Under the pieces are notes generated by a model that saw only the letters and a list, made by a program, of their open reading frames with translations, searched no databases and had not been told where the DNA came from. The translations under genes and the position numbers were made by a program. From an uncultured Spirochaetota bacterium (GTDB lineage Bacteria; Spirochaetota; Brevinematia; Brevinematales; JAOACQ01), in assembly GCA_963768055.1 (NCBI GenBank), contig CAVYGN010000001.1, positions 448,001-512,000 on the forward strand: DNA of 64,000 bases. The letters run 5' to 3'. Position 1 is the first letter of the stretch, and each line of letters begins with the position of its first letter. Positions 20,551 through 30,393 of the stretch are shown piece after piece.

Positions 20551-20646
20551 AAAGGACAATAAGTTAGAATTGTCTATGAACTGATATATTCTGTTGATAA
20601 TTTTTCCTAATCTTTGCGTTCTTAACATTTCTTTATAAGGGGTTTT

Positions 20647-20753
20647 ACCGCAAAGGACGGAAAGAGGCAGCAAAGGACGCAAAGAGGATCAAAAATTTAT
20701 AATAATATTTCTGAGGTCCTTTCCTTCTTTGCGGCCTTGGCGTCTTTGCGGTG
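20647..20753. repeat. GCAAAG-family inverted-repeat element
   Basis: ACCGCAAAGGACG..GCAAAGGACGCAAAG ... CTTTGCGGCCTTGGCGTCTTTGCGGT; fragments also at 29121 and 29214. Confidence 0.7.
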
Positions 20754-20767
20754 AGGTTATCAAGTCT

Positions 20768-21403
20768 ATGAATAATAAGGTCAGGGATTTTTATAATAGA
20801 AACGCGGCTGTTTATGATAATGAACAGGACAGATTCGGTTTTATCAGAGCGCCGGAATGGGAAATTGCAATAAGCGCTATAAAAAAGATCGCCGGGAAAA
20901 ATCATTCTTTATTGGAGATCGGGGCTGGAACCGGCAGATTTACCCTGGAGGCCGCTCCGTTGGTAAGGCAGGCAACTGTTGTAGATATTTCCGAAAATAT
21001 GCTTGATATTATGTCGAAAAAAGCAAACAAAATGGGAATAAACAATATAAAACAAATAAACGGCAACTTTATGGAAATAAATTTTAATGAACAGTTCGAT
21101 ATCATAACCGGTTTTTCGGCAATAGAGTATATAAATGATGCAAATGCACTATTCGCCAAAATTTCAGGGCTTCTCGCTCCTGGAGGGCATCTTATTTTAA
21201 CGACCCCCCATGATACCTTTTTACGATCATGGGGAATATGGGGTAATTATTTCAGGCAGGGAATTTTTATGAACGCATTCAGCAAAAAGGAAATGGAAAC
21301 GCTTCTTACAGGCAATGGTTTTGTGGTTAAAGATATAAAAGATTTATGTTTTAAAAACCTGTTTGTCAAGGGTATTCTATTATTTGTCTATGCCACGAAG
21401 TAA
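20768..21403 (+). CDS. Class I SAM-dependent methyltransferase
   Basis: LEIGAGTG, VDISENM, LAPGG; start trimmed to ATG 20768. Confidence 0.9.
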   Translation: MNNKVRDFYNRNAAVYDNEQDRFGFIRAPEWEIAISAIKKIAGKNHSLLEIGAGTGRFTLEAAPLVRQATVVDISENMLDIMSKKANKMGINNIKQINGNFMEINFNEQFDIITGFSAIEYINDANALFAKISGLLAPGGHLILTTPHDTFLRSWGIWGNYFRQGIFMNAFSKKEMETLLTGNGFVVKDIKDLCFKNLFVKGILLFVYATK

Positions 21404-21734
21404 ATTTTCAGATTGGGTAAACCTGGAATCCGGGAAAAAGATTGAAAAATTTAACGCCCTGCCCGCCAGGACGCGGATAGGGATTATAATGCTCGTTTCT
21501 TCTTTTATTATAGGCTATGGGGTTCCGGTTTTTATTCTGATAATTTCAGGGATCAATAAAAAACTATTAGCAGGCTTCATAAGCGGTTCCATTGTTTATA
21601 TTTTCAGCTGGATTCTTGGAGCTATTGGGCTCGCCATGGCAGGAAAAGATTGCATAAAATATCCGGTGATCTTATTTGCGAAATTTGTTAAAAAGCTGTT
21701 CCCGGATTATTTTAGAAAAAGGAGCGGGAGTTGA
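21390..21734 (+). CDS. Hypothetical two-TM membrane protein
   Basis: Overlaps both neighbours in the operon; two hydrophobic segments. Confidence 0.6.
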   Translation: MPRSKFSDWVNLESGKKIEKFNALPARTRIGIIMLVSSFIIGYGVPVFILIISGINKKLLAGFISGSIVYIFSWILGAIGLAMAGKDCIKYPVILFAKFVKKLFPDYFRKRSGS

Positions 21735-22528
21735 TTTCTAAATTTTATCTTTCTTCGATAGCGTTCATCTGCGGAATATTAGTTATAATTCTCATATATT
21801 TATTCTATTTTCCATCCGTTTATTTATTGTTAGGGATAGTACTTATTGTATTCATGCAGCAGGTTCTTTATATTTACGGCATGTTCTCGACAAGGTCGAA
21901 TTTTTTCTTTAAAACAATAAAAGGGAAGGAATATTTTCATAACAGGCGCTCTATTTTATTTAGATTCGACGACGGCCCGGATCCGGTGTACACCCCTAAA
22001 ATTCTTGATATTTTAAAATCAGAGGGAATCCAGGCCCTTTTTGCCGTTATGGGTCGTCATGCGGAACTATACCCGGAAATTATCGAAAGGATGCATGGAG
22101 AAAATCATATAATCTGCAACCATACATATTCACATCCTTATAATATCCTGTTATTGGGCTATAAAAGGATCCTCGAAGAAATAGCCTTTACGAATACCAT
22201 CATTCAAGGAATTACAGGCATAAAACCGAAATATTTTTGCCCGCCGCTCGGCCATAAAAACCCTGTTATAGGCATTGCAATAAAAAAGCTTGATCTAATT
22301 CCTGTTATGTGGGATATCAGAACGGTTGATACGCATGTCAGTTCCGAAAAAATATTAAATAAAATAAAGAGAAAATTAAAACCCCCTTCAATAATAATGT
22401 TTCATGACGGAATATTGCCATGGAGCAGAAAGGACAGGGAATATACTGTTCAAGCTTTGAAGGAAACTATTCGGTTTCTGAAAGGAGAAGGGTTTGAAAT
22501 CAATGCGTATAACGGCGGGAATCGTTAA
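21731..22528 (+). CDS. Membrane-anchored polysaccharide deacetylase (CE4/NodB)
   Basis: FDDGP, NHTYSH, PPLG, IMFHD. Confidence 0.9.
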   Translation: MISKFYLSSIAFICGILVIILIYLFYFPSVYLLLGIVLIVFMQQVLYIYGMFSTRSNFFFKTIKGKEYFHNRRSILFRFDDGPDPVYTPKILDILKSEGIQALFAVMGRHAELYPEIIERMHGENHIICNHTYSHPYNILLLGYKRILEEIAFTNTIIQGITGIKPKYFCPPLGHKNPVIGIAIKKLDLIPVMWDIRTVDTHVSSEKILNKIKRKLKPPSIIMFHDGILPWSRKDREYTVQALKETIRFLKGEGFEINAYNGGNR

Positions 22529-23252
22529 GAAAATTCTTTTAAACCTGTATTACTGGCCGATGTTTATATTTGTTACTCTTGCCGGCTTCATTATTCTTCC
22601 CTTGATTCTTCTGGCAATTATCGTTTTCTCAGGCCGTACGATCGATTATTCGGTCAGGTGGGCGATCTCCATTTACGGGTGGACGCTTGTCAGGATCGTG
22701 CCTTTTTTTGCCCCGGTAAGGGTTTTATACAGCGCCGGAAAACTTCCCAAGCCTTCCATTTTGATAGCCAATCATACTTCCGCGATAGATCCGTATTTGT
22801 TCGGGGCCCTTTTAATAAATGCCTGTTTTGTTACGTCATGGCCGTTTAAAATCCCATTTTACGGCCCTTTTATGCGGCTCGCCGGGTATATCGGGGCTAA
22901 AGACGGATGGGACCGGATCAGCAGGAGGGGAGCGGAATTTCTTAATTCGGGCATTTCATTGATTTTATGGCCTGAAGGCCACCGTTCCCGCGACGGCAGA
23001 CTGGGCCGTTTTAAAAAAGGCGCTTTTGCAATTGCCATGGAAACAGGAAGACCTGTTGTGCCGGTCTGCATTATCGGAGCCGGTAATTTTATGGCGCCGG
23101 GCAAGAGGAGTTTTACCCCAAGCCGGATAAAAATGATCCTTCTGGACCCGATATATCCGGACAGGCATGGCGACCCTCAGCGGGAAATAATTTCAATGCG
23201 CGATAAAGCCCGGCTGGCTATTCAAAATACACTTAAGGAAAATTGTATATGA
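22494..23252 (+). CDS. Lysophospholipid acyltransferase (PlsC-like)
   Basis: NHTSAID, WPEGHRS, FKKGAF. Confidence 0.9.
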   Translation: MKSMRITAGIVKKILLNLYYWPMFIFVTLAGFIILPLILLAIIVFSGRTIDYSVRWAISIYGWTLVRIVPFFAPVRVLYSAGKLPKPSILIANHTSAIDPYLFGALLINACFVTSWPFKIPFYGPFMRLAGYIGAKDGWDRISRRGAEFLNSGISLILWPEGHRSRDGRLGRFKKGAFAIAMETGRPVVPVCIIGAGNFMAPGKRSFTPSRIKMILLDPIYPDRHGDPQREIISMRDKARLAIQNTLKENCI

Positions 23253-23998
23253 AGCCTTTCTTTTTGGCTGTGTTATTCCCGGCTTTCCTGCTCCTGTTAT
23301 CCTGTTTTTCTACCAAATACCTCCCCTCCAGGACTTATCTTCTATCGCCTTCAAAAACCCGGGATAACCTCCTTGTATTTCTTCCTGGCCGCGGCAGCGA
23401 TATGAATGATTTTAAAAAGTACGGACTTCTCGAAACAATAAAGTCCGGCGGCCTTCCTGTCGACTGCATCTCGGCCGATGCCAACATATTCTATTATATG
23501 GATAGATCACTTTCGACGCGTCTCGATGCCGATGTTTTCAGCAAAGCAGAGCTTTCAAACTATAAAAATTATTGGTTTATCGGTAACTCAATGGGCGCTC
23601 TCGGGGCTTTTCTTTACGTTCAAAAGCATCCGGGCAAGATAAAAGGGATTATTCTGCTCGGCCCGTTCCTGGGCGAAGGGCAGGTTCCCGATGAAATAGA
23701 AAGGTCAGGTGGCCTGCTCAGGTGGGAATCGAAAGTCCCGGCGGGATCGGATTATATCCGGGATATCTGGGTTTATCTCAAAAACTGCATTCAGGATACC
23801 GAAGGGAAATACCCCAGGATCGTTTTTATTGCAGGTAAAAATGACCGGTATCATAAAATACAGGATCTCGCGGCCCAGGCTCTTCCGGCTGATATGGTTT
23901 TCTGGTCGCAGGGGGACCACGACTGGGATGCCTGGATTCCGGCATTTTCAGACTTTATAAAATCCGATACTGCAAAAAGGCTTTTCATTTCAAAGTGA
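23249..23998 (+). CDS. Alpha/beta hydrolase lipoprotein
   Basis: LLLSC lipobox, GNSMG nucleophile elbow, GDHDW. Confidence 0.8.
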   Translation: MKPFFLAVLFPAFLLLLSCFSTKYLPSRTYLLSPSKTRDNLLVFLPGRGSDMNDFKKYGLLETIKSGGLPVDCISADANIFYYMDRSLSTRLDADVFSKAELSNYKNYWFIGNSMGALGAFLYVQKHPGKIKGIILLGPFLGEGQVPDEIERSGGLLRWESKVPAGSDYIRDIWVYLKNCIQDTEGKYPRIVFIAGKNDRYHKIQDLAAQALPADMVFWSQGDHDWDAWIPAFSDFIKSDTAKRLFISK

Positions 23999-24082
23999 AC
24001 AGGGCCGACCAGATCAATATGCAGATCTGTTATGAAGTTAATTTTTTTTGCACATTATTCGACGGCTTGTACCGCTAAGGCT

Positions 24083-24425
24083 CAAAACGGCAATGTCATT
24101 TCGAGGAGCCCTGGCAGGGCGACGAGAAATCTTCCCTGTTTTGAATTCGGTGGGGAAAGACAGGTGCATCTTTGTCAAATATTTTGCGAGATTTTCAGCC
24201 GGCTGTTAAAATGAAAATAAAAATGAAAAAATTTTGAGAGGCATTGAAATGAAAAAAATTCTTTGTTTTATTGTATTTTCAAGTTTCATATTGCCGCTAT
24301 CGGTAATCGCTGACGATGTATCATCAAGAACGAACGATTACTTTCAAAAAACCCAGTCCATGATCAATTCCCATGTTTTCCTGCAGGAAGGCGGTGCGGA
24401 AAAGATGCAGGAATACTCCACTAAC
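24083..24425 (+). repeat. Direct duplication (copy A) of REP half-site, upstream region and 5' part of P13-like gene
   Basis: Highly similar to 25645-25984; 59 bp identical at 24367-24425 vs 25926-25984. Confidence 0.85.
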
Positions 24426-24878
24426 CTGGATTTTCAGTCAAGGCAGTCCTTATATGAAGATAATAAAAAGCGCCGTGCGTTTGCCTGGTTCAGCATGGCG
24501 GCTCCTTCTGTGGGCAACTGGATTGTCGGCGACAGTGTTGGGGGAGTAATAAATATTGTCGGCTCCGCTGCCGGTTTAACTGCTTATATTGTAGGGGATA
24601 CTATACTAAACATCGGAGCGATTAATAACAACAACCAAACCGCCCTAGACGGTGCTATTGTTATGATAGCCGGTCTAGTGACTTACTTCGGCTTTAATGT
24701 TTACGGCACTATAAGCGCTTTTTCCTACGCCGATTACTACAATGATAATCTTAAAGCCTGCCTGGGCATCTCCTATAACGATTCCTTCAAGCCTGTTAAC
24801 TTAACGGCCTTGGATAACATGAATAACATCAAAGCGCAGGAACTTTTTTATATTACTCTTGTGTCGTACAGTTTCTAA
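24249..24878 (+). CDS. Borrelia P13-like membrane protein, paralog 1
   Basis: Signal peptide, LYEDNKK..PSVGNWIVGD..GG, YNDNLK..LG, C-terminal LVSYSF. Confidence 0.65.
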   Translation: MKKILCFIVFSSFILPLSVIADDVSSRTNDYFQKTQSMINSHVFLQEGGAEKMQEYSTNLDFQSRQSLYEDNKKRRAFAWFSMAAPSVGNWIVGDSVGGVINIVGSAAGLTAYIVGDTILNIGAINNNNQTALDGAIVMIAGLVTYFGFNVYGTISAFSYADYYNDNLKACLGISYNDSFKPVNLTALDNMNNIKAQELFYITLVSYSF

Positions 24879-24900
24879 TAGTGGTGTAAGGAGGGCTTAA

Positions 24901-25494
24901 ATGAAAAGAATCCTTTACATGCTTATTTTTTTCTGCGTTATCGGGCCTGTGTCAGCTATTGCTGACGTCAAAAATATTCCGACACTGGATGAATCCATGA
25001 CCCAGACAAAAGCCATGATCAAATCGGAAAGTTTCATGAGAACAGGAGGCGTGGATGAAATGCTGGAATTTTCAACGAACCTGAACGAAGATATCAGAAA
25101 CCATCTGTTCAATGAGAACAGAAAGATCCGCGGATTAGCCTGGTGGGATTTTGCAGTGCCATCCTTGGGCAACTGGATTGTCGGCGACGCTACAGGAGGG
25201 GTTATAAACCTTATCGGTTCAGGTGCGGGTTTTATTGTTTTTATTGAGGGAGATATCCGGGCTAACAGCGCCCGAACTATTCAAGCTGCAGGGGATGATG
25301 TTATAATCATGATAATTGGCCTAATTGGTATATATGCCTTTGACGGCATCGGCACTTTCATAGGCTTGCATTACGCCGACCGGTACAATGAAAACCTCAA
25401 ATCCGGACTTGGAATAACATTTGATAACTCCGAAAATATGAATAATCGATGGGGAGACCTTTTTCATGTGGACCTTGTGTCATATAGCTTTTAA
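24901..25494 (+). CDS. Borrelia P13-like membrane protein, paralog 2
   Basis: PSLGNWIVGD..GG, YNENLK..LG, LVSYSF. Confidence 0.65.
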   Translation: MKRILYMLIFFCVIGPVSAIADVKNIPTLDESMTQTKAMIKSESFMRTGGVDEMLEFSTNLNEDIRNHLFNENRKIRGLAWWDFAVPSLGNWIVGDATGGVINLIGSGAGFIVFIEGDIRANSARTIQAAGDDVIIMIIGLIGIYAFDGIGTFIGLHYADRYNENLKSGLGITFDNSENMNNRWGDLFHVDLVSYSF

Positions 25495-25644
25495 AGCAAT
25501 CCCTTGATAGGGGCCGTTCAAACAATATCTTACGGATAAATTCAATTTTTATCGAACAGGCGCTCTTCATAAATGCGCATAAAAAAATTAACTTCATATA
25601 GAATTTCATATTGTCTTTAATTCGGAAGAATAGGATGTTATTTT

Positions 25645-25984
25645 CAAAATGGCAATGTCATTTCGATGAGCCCTGGCAGGGCGACGAGAAATCTTCCCTT
25701 TTTTAAATCCGGCGGGGAAAGATATGTGCCTTTGTCAAATATTTTGCGAGATTTTCAGCCGGCTTTTACAATTAAAATTAAATAAAGGTTTTTTATGGAG
25801 GATGGAAATGATAAAAATTCTTTGTTTTATGGTTTTTTTTAGTTTCATTCTGCCGTTAAAAGTAATTGCTGATGACTTATCCTTCAGAACGAATGATTAT
25901 TTCCAGAAAACCCAATCGATGATCGATTCCCATGTTTTCCTGCAGGAAGGCGGTGCGGAAAAGATGCAGGAATACTCCACTAAC
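25645..25984 (+). repeat. Direct duplication (copy B)
   Basis: Matches 24083-24425. Confidence 0.85.
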
Positions 25985-26431
25985 TTGAACGAAGGGTCGA
26001 GAAAGTTATTATATGACGATAACGCCAAGCACCGTGCGCTCGGGTGGTTAAACCTGGCTTTACCTTCATTAGGCAACTGGCTCGTCGGCGACTATAATGG
26101 CGGAACTATTACCGTTATAGGTTATGCGGGAGGAGAGACTCTTTATTTAGGGGGATATATTTTGTTTATAAGCGCTTTTGAACAACAAAATATAGATACT
26201 TTTTTTTACACAGGTATTTCTCTAATGGCAGCCGGTATTATTATTTCAATTGCTTCAGAAATTTACGGTACTGTAAGCGCCTTATCTTATGCAGATTACT
26301 TTAATGATAACCTTAAAGCCGGCCTGGGAATCTCCTATAACGATTCCTTTAAGCCAGTTGATATAACTGCTTCGGTTGATATGAATAACCGGGAACTTTT
26401 TTTCGTGAACCTGGTATCGTATAGCTTTTAG
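25808..26431 (+). CDS. Borrelia P13-like membrane protein, paralog 3
   Basis: PSLGNWLVGD..GG, FNDNLK..LG, LVSYSF; GGAGG RBS before 25808. Confidence 0.65.
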   Translation: MIKILCFMVFFSFILPLKVIADDLSFRTNDYFQKTQSMIDSHVFLQEGGAEKMQEYSTNLNEGSRKLLYDDNAKHRALGWLNLALPSLGNWLVGDYNGGTITVIGYAGGETLYLGGYILFISAFEQQNIDTFFYTGISLMAAGIIISIASEIYGTVSALSYADYFNDNLKAGLGISYNDSFKPVDITASVDMNNRELFFVNLVSYSF

Positions 26432-26438
26432 GCTGTCA

Positions 26439-26505
26439 GGGGAAGATTTCTTCCCGCCGGGGCGGGATAAACCCTTACAGGATAAACCCTTCGGTCGAAA
26501 TGACA
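26439..26505. repeat. Right half of TGTCATTTCGA REP-like element
   Basis: GGGGAAGATTTCT...TCGAAATGACA, inverted relative to halves at 24094 and 25656. Confidence 0.75.
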
Positions 26506-26531
26506 ATCGGTCCGGCAAAACAAGAGGAATT

Positions 26532-27758
26532 ATGCTGTTTTATATAAAACTCGGTCTTCGAAATCTGTCGAAGAATCTCAGGTGCTCGGTTAAAACGATT
26601 TTTACAATTGTGATCGGCATGAGCGCCTGTCTTCTTGCGCAGGGGTTTATGTCCCATACGCTCTGGGGCCTGCGGGAATCCCTGATAAACGGTGGAATGG
26701 GCCACTTTCAGCTTTACCGGAAGGGTTATCTTGAGCATAGTTACGAGGATCCCTATAAATATCTGATAAGCGATACGGAAGATGTTTTCAGGGAACTTGC
26801 CCGCATTCCCGGGATAAAGCTTTACGCCCCCCGCCTGAGTTTCCAGGGGATCGCCTCATCAGGAGAAAAAAGCGCTATCGTTTTAGGCACTGCGGGACTT
26901 CCCGGGAAAGAACAGGGCCTCAATGCTTTTTCAACGATGAAAGAAGGATCTTTCCTCAAAGATGAAATTCCCTACGGGGTTATAATCGGCAGCGGAGTAG
27001 CCAGGAAATTAAATACCCGGGTCGGAAATTCGATAACAGTAATGTCGGCCATGAAGGGCGGAGGGGTTAATGCCCTGGATTTGAATATTATAGGGGTCAT
27101 GGGGGCTCAGGTAAAGGCTTACGACGACGTCCTGATGCTTGCAAACCTTAAAACGATCCAGGGCCTGCTGAACTTGCCGGGCTCGGCCGACAGGATAATA
27201 GTGCTCCTCAGCAATACTGGGGACCTGGGGAAAATAGAACCGTCCATCAGGAAGCTCTGCGATAAAACGGGCCTGGAATATCGCGACTGGCGCCGGCTTG
27301 CCGGACTGCAGTACACCCAGCCCAAGTTATTTTACGATCTGGTATATATGCTCATGATGATGATCATTATCCTGGTCGTAGTTTTTTCGATCACCAATAC
27401 TTTAAACCTCTCGATGTACGAGAGGGTTCGTGAAATCGGCACTATCCGCTCGCTCGGGACTACGCGGTTCCAGGTTGGAAAAATATTCATTGCCGAAAGC
27501 TTTTTGATAGGCTTTATCGGAGGTTTTTTCGGCATTATCGCCGGCTATGGATTGTCTTTCATATTCAACGCTCTCGGAGGCATCCACATTCCGCCCCCTC
27601 CGGGACAGGCCAGGGGTTATACTGCGTTTTTTAAGCCGGATTTTGTTCAAGCCCTATGGCTGTGGCTGCTGTTTTCTATAACGGCGGCGGCGGGGGGATT
27701 TTACCCGGCATTCAGGGCCGCACGGCTTCAGATCGCCGACGCCCTGCGCTGGATATAA
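26532..27758 (+). CDS. ABC transporter permease, FtsX/LolC-E/MacB type
   Basis: RNL..N.R, periplasmic domain, ERVREIGTIRSLG, YPAFRAARL. Confidence 0.9.
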   Translation: MLFYIKLGLRNLSKNLRCSVKTIFTIVIGMSACLLAQGFMSHTLWGLRESLINGGMGHFQLYRKGYLEHSYEDPYKYLISDTEDVFRELARIPGIKLYAPRLSFQGIASSGEKSAIVLGTAGLPGKEQGLNAFSTMKEGSFLKDEIPYGVIIGSGVARKLNTRVGNSITVMSAMKGGGVNALDLNIIGVMGAQVKAYDDVLMLANLKTIQGLLNLPGSADRIIVLLSNTGDLGKIEPSIRKLCDKTGLEYRDWRRLAGLQYTQPKLFYDLVYMLMMMIIILVVVFSITNTLNLSMYERVREIGTIRSLGTTRFQVGKIFIAESFLIGFIGGFFGIIAGYGLSFIFNALGGIHIPPPPGQARGYTAFFKPDFVQALWLWLLFSITAAAGGFYPAFRAARLQIADALRWI

Positions 27759-27770
27759 GAGAGGTTTTGA

Positions 27771-28994
27771 GTGTTTTATTTAAAAGTCGGGTTCAGGAAT
27801 ATAATAAAAAATTTCAGGCGCTCTTTGATGACAATGATCTCGATTATCATCGGCATGACTGCATGCCTTTTGACTCATGGCTTCTTCAACTGGAACTCGA
27901 ACGAGCTTAAAGAATCAATGATACATAACGGGATAGGCCATTACCAGTTATATTCTAAAGGCTATTCAAAGTACGGCAGCGACGACCCCTTTAATTATCT
28001 CATCAGGGACTCCGATCAGATCTTAAAAGAAATCAGGAACATTCCCGGAGTTGAACTGGCTACAACCCGGATGGCCTTCAGCGGGATATTCTCTTCCGGT
28101 GAAAGATCGGCAGTGACTACGGGATTGGCCGGTAATCCCGAGTATGAGACAAGGCTCAATTCATATTCGGGCCTGATCGCCGGCACAAATTTAAGTTCCT
28201 CGAAGCCCAACGGTTTGATCATCGGAGACGGTCTGGCTAAAAAGCTTTCGGCAAAGATCGGCGATACTCTTACATTAATGGCTAACATGAAGGGGGGGGG
28301 GATAAACGCTTCGGATTTTGAGGTGACAGGCATTACTCATAGCGGTTTTGCCGATCTTGACGACCTGTCTGCAACAGCTGCTCTTGGAACGGTCCAGAAC
28401 CTCCTGAATATCGATCGAAGCGTCCAGAGGATCGTTGTCCTTTTAAAGAACACCTCGGATACTCAAAAGATCCTTCCTGAAATCGAGGAAATTTCAAAAA
28501 AATACAAACTGGAATATAAGGTATGGGAATCACTGGCTGAATTTTACCAGAGCGTAAAATTAATGTACAATGCCGTATTTATTATTATCATATTAATAGT
28601 GCTGGGGATTGTCACATTTACAATATCCAATACCGTCAACATGAATCTTTACGACAGGGTAAGGGAGATCGGGACGATCCGCGCCCTCGGGACCAGGAGA
28701 AGTCAGGTAGCCCGGATCTTCATAGCTGAAAGCTCTTTAACCGGCGTTATCGGCGGATTGATAGGGATTATAATAAGTTATATCTTTATCGGGTTTACAG
28801 AATTAATCGGCGGCCTGCCGGTGGCGATATCCGAAGGAGAGCAGCTGGTGGTTATACATGTCTTTTTCCATCCGGATTTGACGGCGATAGCCTTGACACT
28901 TTTGCTGTTCGTGCTTGTGGCTATGATAGCTTCCGTCAGCCCGGCAGGAAGGGCTTCGAGTATTTCGATCGCAGACGCGCTAAGATGGATATAA
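27771..28994 (+). CDS. ABC transporter permease, FtsX/LolC-E/MacB type (paralog)
   Basis: DRVREIGTIRALG, IADALRWI; paralogous to upstream gene. Confidence 0.9.
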   Translation: MFYLKVGFRNIIKNFRRSLMTMISIIIGMTACLLTHGFFNWNSNELKESMIHNGIGHYQLYSKGYSKYGSDDPFNYLIRDSDQILKEIRNIPGVELATTRMAFSGIFSSGERSAVTTGLAGNPEYETRLNSYSGLIAGTNLSSSKPNGLIIGDGLAKKLSAKIGDTLTLMANMKGGGINASDFEVTGITHSGFADLDDLSATAALGTVQNLLNIDRSVQRIVVLLKNTSDTQKILPEIEEISKKYKLEYKVWESLAEFYQSVKLMYNAVFIIIILIVLGIVTFTISNTVNMNLYDRVREIGTIRALGTRRSQVARIFIAESSLTGVIGGLIGIIISYIFIGFTELIGGLPVAISEGEQLVVIHVFFHPDLTAIALTLLLFVLVAMIASVSPAGRASSISIADALRWI

Positions 28995-28997
28995 CCG

Positions 28998-29333
28998 GAA
29001 CCACAGATTACACTGATTACACAGATACTATAGATGGCACAAGTAATGATTTCGGAAATATCTGTGAAATCATTTTATAATTTTAAATTGGATATTATGT
29101 TTATTGTATCTTGAAAAATATCTTTGCGGGATTATTATGATAGTTAAAACTTTTCCTTGAATAAACTAAATGGTATTATTTTTATCTCCATTCAAAAAAT
29201 CATCTCTATGGCACTTTGCGGTGAATCCCAAACCCTGTTATAATTTTATACTGATTTCACAGAAAATCTGCATATCATATATTACCTTTCAGTACCTCCC
29301 TTGCAGGTCTTAATCTGTGAAATCTGTGTTTTC
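28998..29333. mobile_element. CCACAGAT-family inverted-repeat element (copy 4), non-coding interior, inside the ABC operon
   Basis: GAACCACAGATTACACTGATTACACAGAT..TCTGTGAAATCA [AT-rich] TGATTTCACAGA..TAATCTGTGAAATCTGTGTTTTC. Confidence 0.55.
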
Positions 29334-29350
29334 GAACTAGAGGTTTAATT

Positions 29351-30112
29351 ATGAAATTTTTAACAGCGATAATTTTTATTCTTTCGATATCCTCCGCGGG
29401 ATATTCCATAACGGCGGACGAGATTGTAAGTCAATTAGACAGCCGGAGTTCGATCACCAACGATTTTGAAATGACAATACGGGTAGAAAACTATAAAAAC
29501 GGCGTATTTGAGGATTCCACGGTAATGAAGGGTTATGTAAAGAACGGGAAAATGGTCCTGATCACCTATCTGGAACCGGCGAATATGAAAGGCAGGAAGA
29601 TCCTGATCCATGATAAGGATATCCGGATCGTAGTTCCGAATACGAAAAATCCCATACGGATAACGCCCTCTCAAAGGCTGATGGGGGGGGTGTCTTACGG
29701 GGACGTGGCAAGGGTAAGCTATGCGGAAGATTACAATGCAAAGCTCCGGGGAGAGGAGCCGGCCGAAGGGATGGAGCCTGACGGGAGTAAGTCGGACGCG
29801 AAACAATGTTATGCCCTTGAACTGTCGGCGAAGGACACGGGGGCGAATTATAATAAAATCGATATGTGGGTGGACGAGGATATGCTGCTTCCTGTCAAGG
29901 CCGATTTTTTCGCGCTGAGCGGAAAAAAAATGGCTACCGCATATTATACCGACCCGAAAGAATGGGATGGTAAAACCGTAATCACTAAAATATTCCTGTT
30001 TGACCGGATCATAACATCGAAATACTCATCCATGGAATATCTGGATATGAAAGAAACCGTTCTTTCGAACGATTCGGAAAATTTACAAAATGAAGGATCC
30101 CTTACAAATTAA
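29351..30112 (+). CDS. Outer-membrane lipoprotein-sorting protein (LolA-like)
   Basis: Signal peptide, EPANMKG, PIRITPSQRLMG.VSYGD, Y.KI..WVD. Confidence 0.85.
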   Translation: MKFLTAIIFILSISSAGYSITADEIVSQLDSRSSITNDFEMTIRVENYKNGVFEDSTVMKGYVKNGKMVLITYLEPANMKGRKILIHDKDIRIVVPNTKNPIRITPSQRLMGGVSYGDVARVSYAEDYNAKLRGEEPAEGMEPDGSKSDAKQCYALELSAKDTGANYNKIDMWVDEDMLLPVKADFFALSGKKMATAYYTDPKEWDGKTVITKIFLFDRIITSKYSSMEYLDMKETVLSNDSENLQNEGSLTN

Positions 30113-30393
30113 TAACGCTTAAAATTCATAATTTGCTATATTTTAGTCAAAGGTTTATAATGAATAACGTATTATAGCCCCTTAAATAAGGGTTAATATT
30201 TGGAAAAAAGATGCAAAAGTTTAACAAAAAAAAAGATTCTAATATTATTAAAAGAAATTTGAAATAGCATGTTGTTTTTATCAGTAAATAGTTATATTTT
30301 TGTATTTTTTCACATTTCGACATTAAAAAATAAAAATTTAATTAATTTTAATTGTTACGGGGATTTAAAAAAATCTTGAGCAAGCGGTTTATA

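Noticed and set aside
24032..24214. 60 aa ORF, and the 28 aa N-terminal extension of ORF 25724
   Set aside because: Both translate the duplicated REP/upstream region; better RBS-linked starts lie at 24249 and 25808
24249..26431. Diversity-generating retroelement explaining the variable paralogs
   Set aside because: No reverse transcriptase, and differences are not adenine-specific
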